Source: Fibrobacteria bacterium
GTDB lineage: Bacteria > Fibrobacterota > Fibrobacteria > UBA11236 > JADFYW01
Reading direction: 5' to 3'
DNA length: 64,000 bases
Assembly: GCA_050294405.1 (NCBI GenBank)
Contig: JBNKOC010000024.1
Location: forward strand, 96,001-160,000
Within the stretch, counting starts at the first letter, position 1; every line of letters starts with the position of its first letter. The notes under the pieces were generated by a model. The model saw only the letters and a list, made by a program, of their open reading frames with translations, had not been told where the DNA came from and searched no databases. Shown piece by piece: positions 58,558 through 64,000 of the stretch. The translations under genes were made by a program, and so were the position numbers.

Positions 58558-59733
58558 TTACTTAATTCCAACCAAAGGTATCCCTTGGCTGCCAGTAGCT
58601 GTCTTAAAAACCATTAACCTATAAGAATTGTAAGGCATTGAAGATTCGGTGGACAATCCCCGTAGGCGTTCTCCTTGCCCAATTCTCCAGTGGTTTAGAG
58701 CAGTTCCCTCAGCGTTCAAGAGAAAGGCCTCTACTACGGAGGGATGTAAATCCCTGGGCAAAAGGATGCGCTGGCTGGATGCCGAGAAGTAAAGCGCCCT
58801 ATCCCGGGTAATTAACTTTGGATTCTGCGCAAAGATCTTTTTAATTGGAGTTGAGCCGGGGTATTTTACCCGTCCTGGAATCTTGAGTTCAACCTTGGCA
58901 ACGCCTCCCTGGCCAGTGATGTATAGCGTGGTCCCGTTTGGACCGCCAAAGACGCAGTTACTCACCATGCGAAAGCCGGCATCAATACTGCCCAGTTTCG
59001 TACCATCGGGGCCAAATACATACAAGAGACCATCTCCATAAGAAGCTACATAAATATTGCCCTCGCTGTCGGTAGTGAGGCCGTCAGGAACATTAACATC
59101 AGCTAAATCCTGGCGATTGTCAAAGCTGCCGTCGGGCTGCACATCAAATTGGGCTATTTTGCGGTCCCCTTCAAAATGGATGTATACAATACCCTTTTCG
59201 GGAATCCACTCAATACCATTGGGCCGATTAAAACCGGGAAATTCAGTGAGGGCCCCCATGGAGTCCAGATAAAAAACCGAGCCGCCTTCCAGGTTTGTAA
59301 AATATACCGAGCCGCCCTCGCTAAAACTCAGGTCATTGGCTCCGGCAATGGCCCCTTCGTTTTCTGCAGGGGTTAGGGCTTCCCACACTCCAGGAGAGGT
59401 TTCTTTGGCCAATCGACCTCTTTCAGCCGCTACAAGCTTTCCATCGGGTGCGAACTCCATGCCGTTGGCATTATTGGCGGGATCCCGGTAAACGCTGGCC
59501 TCGCCCTCGGGGGTAACCTTCCAAATTCGGTGTTGACCCGCATGTTCCGTAAAAAATAGGTTGCCTGCGGCGTCTACTGCCGGGCCTTCGGAATAACCAA
59601 GGCCGGTCTTCACATCCACTATTTGAGCGTTGGGATCTGCGATGGAATCAGGTAAATCTATCCCGCTTTGGCTAAAGCATGTTAGGGAAAAAAGAGAAAG
59701 AATAAAAATGTATCTAATAAAGTATTTAATCAC
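58558..59733 (-). CDS. secreted SMP-30/gluconolactonase family protein
   Basis: SEGPAVD; ANGM; ANDL; PNGI; PDGL; SNCVFGG; C-terminal extension. Confidence 0.9.
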   Translation of the reverse strand: MIKYFIRYIFILSLFSLTCFSQSGIDLPDSIADPNAQIVDVKTGLGYSEGPAVDAAGNLFFTEHAGQHRIWKVTPEGEASVYRDPANNANGMEFAPDGKLVAAERGRLAKETSPGVWEALTPAENEGAIAGANDLSFSEGGSVYFTNLEGGSVFYLDSMGALTEFPGFNRPNGIEWIPEKGIVYIHFEGDRKIAQFDVQPDGSFDNRQDLADVNVPDGLTTDSEGNIYVASYGDGLLYVFGPDGTKLGSIDAGFRMVSNCVFGGPNGTTLYITGQGGVAKVELKIPGRVKYPGSTPIKKIFAQNPKLITRDRALYFSASSQRILLPRDLHPSVVEAFLLNAEGTALNHWRIGQGERLRGLSTESSMPYNSYRLMVFKTATGSQGIPLVGIK

Positions 59734-60171
59734 TGTTAAAGCCCTGCCCAGTTTTTTTAACTAATCAAAATATATAGAAAAATTTAAATTTCCGAGGGCA
59801 ATTTTCTTTAGTTCGGAGTTTTCAATTAACTTTCTTTTTTGCCAGGTCAGCAAGATTTGATATGTTGTTGGGTTTTAAAAAAGTCAAATCTATCTATCTA
59901 TCAAATGGAGCCAGGAAGTCCATAAATAGCTCATCATGGACATTTTAACGCATAATAGACGGTAGTAAAATAATCCCTTTAGGTTCAGCTTTTTTATTTT
60001 CCCAATATCAATACCCAAGTTCATTTTCCTTGGAAGATATACATCATTTTTGCCGAAAATGTTATAACTAAACCCTTTATCGAAGTTTATGAGTGGATTT
60101 TTTTTATTCACTCAATACATTAATTATCGGTTCATTCAAATTCCATTTCCAAGAAGGGGTAAATAAATTTT

Positions 60172-61440
60172 ATGATGAATAGGGCGCTTAAATTAACATT
60201 TAGTTTTTTACTCATTTTATTTTCCACGGCCATTGGACAAACCCAAAGGCTGCAGGGTCGGGTGGTTGATGCCCAGAGAAACCCGGTGGAGGAGGCCACA
60301 GTTAAACTAACCAATGCAAATATCACCACTAATACAGATAATCAGGGGCATTTTTTCTTAGAAATTCACACCACTGCGCTCAGAGCTGCAGATAACATAT
60401 CTCCGCTTGCTACCATCAACAATGGCAGCTTAAATTTTACCACCGACAAAAACAGTCAGAAAATAGTAATCGAAGTATTTAATAATGTCGGTCAAAAAAT
60501 AAACAAACTTTCCCTGGACAATCTCCCTGCAGGATCCCAGCAAATTGAAATCTTGCCAAGGGAATATCCAACATACATGGTCCTGGTTAAATTGCAAATT
60601 GATGATACATATTCCTTTTACAAGTTATTAAATCTAAATGAGCCTTTCCAAAAATTTCCCAGTTCAAATATGAGTCTGGCCAAAAATTCAGCCTTTGTAG
60701 ATTTGCTGGAAATCAACAAACAGGGCTTCAACAATAAAACCATCGAAATAGAATCCTATAATACAGCATTGGGCGATATTATCATTGAAAAAGATGGCGC
60801 CAATGATGAAGGCCTGCCTCCTCTTCAAGGAGGACAAGATGCCGGCACAACTCGATATTGGGATTGCTGTAAACCTCATTGTGGCTGGCATTCCAATATG
60901 CGCATGTGCGATATCAATGGAAACGACCTTTGGGACCAGGCAGCCGGAAGTGGTTGTGATAACGGCCCGGCTTTTCAATGTATGGATTACTCCCCCATTG
61001 AAATAAACAGTCGGGTATCCTATGGCTGGGCCGCTTTTAATAACCCTGGTACCAATTGCGGAGATTGTTTTCAATTGGACTTCCAGGGTAACCTTGCCGA
61101 TAAACAAATGATTGTTCAAGTCATAAACATCGGGGACGGAGGGCAAAATTCCTTTGATCTTCTTATTCCGGGAGGAGGAGTAGGCGCTAACAACGGCTGT
61201 TCCAGGCAATGGAATAATCCTCCCCTTGGAGCGACCTATGGGGGATTTGCCTTAACCTGTAAGGACAATCCCGAATGTATCCGTAGAATGTGTCAGGAAG
61301 CATTTGGCGACAAACCCGATTTAATGCGCGGCTGCGAATGGTATATTGGCTGGTTCAAATCTACTTCCAACCCCAAGGTAAAATATGCAAAAGTCCCCTG
61401 CCCTCAGGAGATCAAAAACATTTCAAACATTGGGAATTAG
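60172..61440 (+). CDS. GH45 endoglucanase with N-terminal Ig-like module
   Basis: TTRYWDCCKPHC; MIVQVINIG; FDLLIPGGGVG; Cys-rich. Confidence 0.93.
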   Translation: MMNRALKLTFSFLLILFSTAIGQTQRLQGRVVDAQRNPVEEATVKLTNANITTNTDNQGHFFLEIHTTALRAADNISPLATINNGSLNFTTDKNSQKIVIEVFNNVGQKINKLSLDNLPAGSQQIEILPREYPTYMVLVKLQIDDTYSFYKLLNLNEPFQKFPSSNMSLAKNSAFVDLLEINKQGFNNKTIEIESYNTALGDIIIEKDGANDEGLPPLQGGQDAGTTRYWDCCKPHCGWHSNMRMCDINGNDLWDQAAGSGCDNGPAFQCMDYSPIEINSRVSYGWAAFNNPGTNCGDCFQLDFQGNLADKQMIVQVINIGDGGQNSFDLLIPGGGVGANNGCSRQWNNPPLGATYGGFALTCKDNPECIRRMCQEAFGDKPDLMRGCEWYIGWFKSTSNPKVKYAKVPCPQEIKNISNIGN

Positions 61441-62296
61441 GCATTTGTTTTCGGCTTCCCCGAATATCCCATAGGCCCTTTTTAAAAATATACATATATC
61501 CCATTTTGCGAAAGGTAACAGGCTTTATGTGAATTGCTGTACGGGAATTAATGGAAACAGTTGTTTCTCCCAATCCAAATGCCAGGGATTGCTTAAACAA
61601 CTGGAGAGCCTCGGGAGTCATAAAATTAGATGAACCTGTAACATTATCATCCTCAAGAAAAAAATTAATCCTGAGGCCTGGCGCCAGGGTACCGTCGTAC
61701 AAACTATCCCCTGCTTCATAATAATAAATGGTCGCTCCCCGGGCATCCCCCGAGAGTGTAGCGGCAATTTTAGCGTGGCTGCCCACCTTGCCCCAATTAA
61801 TGGATTTAGCCTGAGAATATACTTTCACAGTACCAAACATACCCGCGGACAATACATTCAGAGAATCAACAATTTCAATATCTGTACCCGCCTCTATTAC
61901 GCCAAATGCATAATCATCCGGGGTACCGGGATCTCCTGAAGGTGAGGTCGGAGTCATACCCAAATCGTCCTGCAAAAAGGCCTCGCAATTCAAAATTGCT
62001 GTTGTGGTGCTTTCAATTTTTCCCCGAAGAAAGATGGAGGTAATGGACTCTACCAGCAGAACCAAATCCGCTTGATTAGCTGCTGCTAAAATTTCCGCCC
62101 CGGGAAGAGAATCTGCCATTAAGGTCAAAGAGTGACCCAGACTGTCTTCTAAAAATGAAACCAGGAAGTCATCCCCAATGGAAAGCTCTCCAGGCAGGAC
62201 TGTGCCATTGCTATTGCCCGTAATCATAAGGATTTCAGCGGCCTTTGGTATGGACAGCACCAATGTTAAAGACAATATCAACGGATATAATTTCAC
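61412..62296 (-). CDS. hypothetical secreted protein with short sorting tail
   Basis: Signal peptide; alpha/beta domain (ADLVLLVESI); WDIRG tail; 29-bp 3' overlap with the GH45 gene. Confidence 0.7.
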   Translation of the reverse strand: MKLYPLILSLTLVLSIPKAAEILMITGNSNGTVLPGELSIGDDFLVSFLEDSLGHSLTLMADSLPGAEILAAANQADLVLLVESITSIFLRGKIESTTTAILNCEAFLQDDLGMTPTSPSGDPGTPDDYAFGVIEAGTDIEIVDSLNVLSAGMFGTVKVYSQAKSINWGKVGSHAKIAATLSGDARGATIYYYEAGDSLYDGTLAPGLRINFFLEDDNVTGSSNFMTPEALQLFKQSLAFGLGETTVSINSRTAIHIKPVTFRKMGYMYIFKKGLWDIRGSRKQMPNSQCLKCF

Positions 62297-62419
62297 GGAT
62301 TTCCCTGGTTAAACTCCACTAATTACCAATTAAAATACAGGTTTAACCTTAAATATATGCGAAAAACCATGTTTTGTAGGAAGTTTGAACGGTTATTCGG
62401 TTTTTAATGGTTTTCTCCT

Positions 62420-62680
62420 ATGCTTATGGCGATACAACCCTTCATTTTTATCCTTTTTCAAATTACAGATACATGCCAAGCCGGGGTTCTGGACCGGCTG
62501 ATAAGAGCTGAGGAAGTCAATCCCATGATTGTAGTCTATCTTGAAATTTCCCCTAGTGGCTGGTACAGGGATAACGGTCCAGGAGATATGGAAGAATCTT
62601 ATATTGTAAAGGATATCATTCCCCATATCGACAGCAGCTATCGAACCCTTGGAACAGCCGAAGGATGAGCCATGGACAGG
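62420..62680 (+). pseudogene. CE1/Fes-type esterase fragment
   Basis: LDRLI...PMIVV...ESYIVKDIIPHIDSSYRT, then TGA before the expected GxSxG; no N-terminus. Confidence 0.65.
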
Positions 62681-62711
62681 TTGGAAGTAAATTATGATTA
62701 TAAGGAAGTGA

Positions 62712-63824
62712 ATGTGGATCATGTGGCAACATTGGGTGAAAGCGGCCCCACGGAAAGTAGGGTTTGCCATGATCCTGCCCCATCCACCGAGGGCTGGATT
62801 TTTTTTTCAAGGGTTTTGGCCGAGCCTTAAATGGAGCCTATTTCCGTTAAGAAAGACCGTGGCAACCCGTCCGTGCATTTTAAGCTCAATTAATCGGTTC
62901 CAAAATTTACACCGCGTCAGGTAAATTCCTGAGAGAAAAAAATTCAAAAAAAGTAATATCCAATTTTAAGATAAAACTAAATACATTTGCCATACATCTT
63001 GAAGGAGAGTGGAATAATAAAAAATTTAGCATTGAAGAAGAATCAAATTGCCAGCCCGACCTCCACTCCTGCGAATTGTTTATTAGGCTCAAACATGAAA
63101 GGCTAGTTTTGGGTGAAGTACTGAAAACAATAACCCCCATCCATTTTTCAAACCCGGCCAATGGGGAATTCCAGGTTAGGTTGTTTGGAGCTGACAGTAA
63201 CTTGACCCAATTTGCCGGGGTGGCATTAATGTTGGAAGAGCTAGCTCAGCAACATATTTCTGAAAGAAACCGCAGCAATCTTCCGGAAATTCAAACAATA
63301 GGAAACTCCCCAGAACCAGAACCCAATAATGCGGGTTATTCTTTGGAGCCAGATAGAAAACATTGGCATTCCTATTTTGCTCTTGCAGGAAAACTTCAAT
63401 CCAATTTTATCAACTGGGAAGCTGGGCTTGATTTTGGCTACCATTATTATTGGAATCAAATGGGTCTTTCCAGCACCATTAATTTTTTGGCCGTACTGAA
63501 AGCAGCCAGTATTGGGAACAATTGCGGAGCAATTATTATTTAAGAAAAAGTGAAACCTCATATTTTTTAGGGTTTGAAACAGGCCCAATATGGAACATAA
63601 CATCGGGTGTTTTTGAGGCTGGCAAGGTTGGGCTTGGCTATTATTGGGGAGATGTACATGGCCTTTCTGGAAGTAGTAGGAAGGATCGCTGGGGCATAAT
63701 TGGAGAGACTTACATTGGCTATCGACTCCCCTTCCCCATTGGTGCCACGGTTGGCTATAACTATTCAGGACTTCCCTTTAGCTCTCCCCATAAACTTTCT
63801 TTTCAAATTGGGTATTTCCCATGA
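62712..63824 (+). pseudogene. disrupted outer-membrane-protein-like gene
   Basis: Frame open from 62884; frameshift at T6 (63483-63488) joins 63076-63543 to 63522-63824; ends LSFQIGYFP; 5' part has further stops. Confidence 0.55.
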
Positions 63825-64000
63825 GGCCAAAAAATCTGTTCTTTTTCCTATGCCTGATTTTAAGTGGATGTGACTTTACCACCGATGAAGATTGCGAACC
63901 GGTTCCGCGCTCTTGCCAAAAAAGCAGGCCAGACACAGTAGAACTCAAATTGAAGTTTTCAGTATCTCCCAATAATCCCCCTGCTAGATTTCAAATATAT
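63821..64000 (+). CDS. lipoprotein, partial (runs off the window)
   Basis: ATGA overlap; MRPKNLFFFLCLILSG-C lipobox; open to the window end; not in the ORF track. Confidence 0.65.
   Translation, partial: MRPKNLFFFLCLILSGCDFTTDEDCEPVPRSCQKSRPDTVELKLKFSVSPNNPPARFQIY

Noticed and set aside
59760..60111. 73-aa minus-strand ORF or gene relic
   Set aside because: No recognisable family; cannot support
1..64000. rRNA, tRNA, CRISPR, prophage, transposase or defence genes
   Set aside because: None recognised by eye; small RNAs could be missed without covariance searches

Overview
AT-rich chromosomal window with no rRNA, tRNA, CRISPR array or intact transposase/integrase seen. A fibro-slime protein, FISUMP (Fib_succ_major) domains and many secreted CAZymes with sorting tails suggest a Fibrobacterota genome (inference). 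Main blocks: (1) a 7TM sugar-binding-type histidine kinase and a GAFTGA sigma54 activator, with a minus-strand operon (aspartate-less receiver, exbB, two exbD, tonB, TonB-fused TonB-dependent receptor, lipoprotein) behind a complete-looking sigma54 promoter with an IHF-like site and twin TGT-N10-ACA palindromes; (2) a TetR-TolC-HlyD-ABC exporter; (3) secreted polymer-degrading or binding proteins (GH99-like, GH5, GH43, GH45, CE1-like esterase, CBM4/9, ricin-FISUMP, 1717-aa M6 protease, gluconolactonase, fibro-slime); (4) a ynbA/ynbB-like lipid module; (5) an ArsR-led sulfur-redox operon (octaheme tetrathionate reductase, 7-heme OTR paralogue fused to cytochrome b, split YeeE/YedE with a Cys-less rhodanese and GGCG tail) near cysK; (6) a tandem-domain adenylate kinase; and several pseudogenes or frameshifted genes. 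The best candidates for an undescribed system are the sulfur operon, the sigma54-controlled two-ExbD TonB system, and an N-terminally nested sorting-like domain on two enzymes. All calls come from motif recognition by eye; no searches were run.
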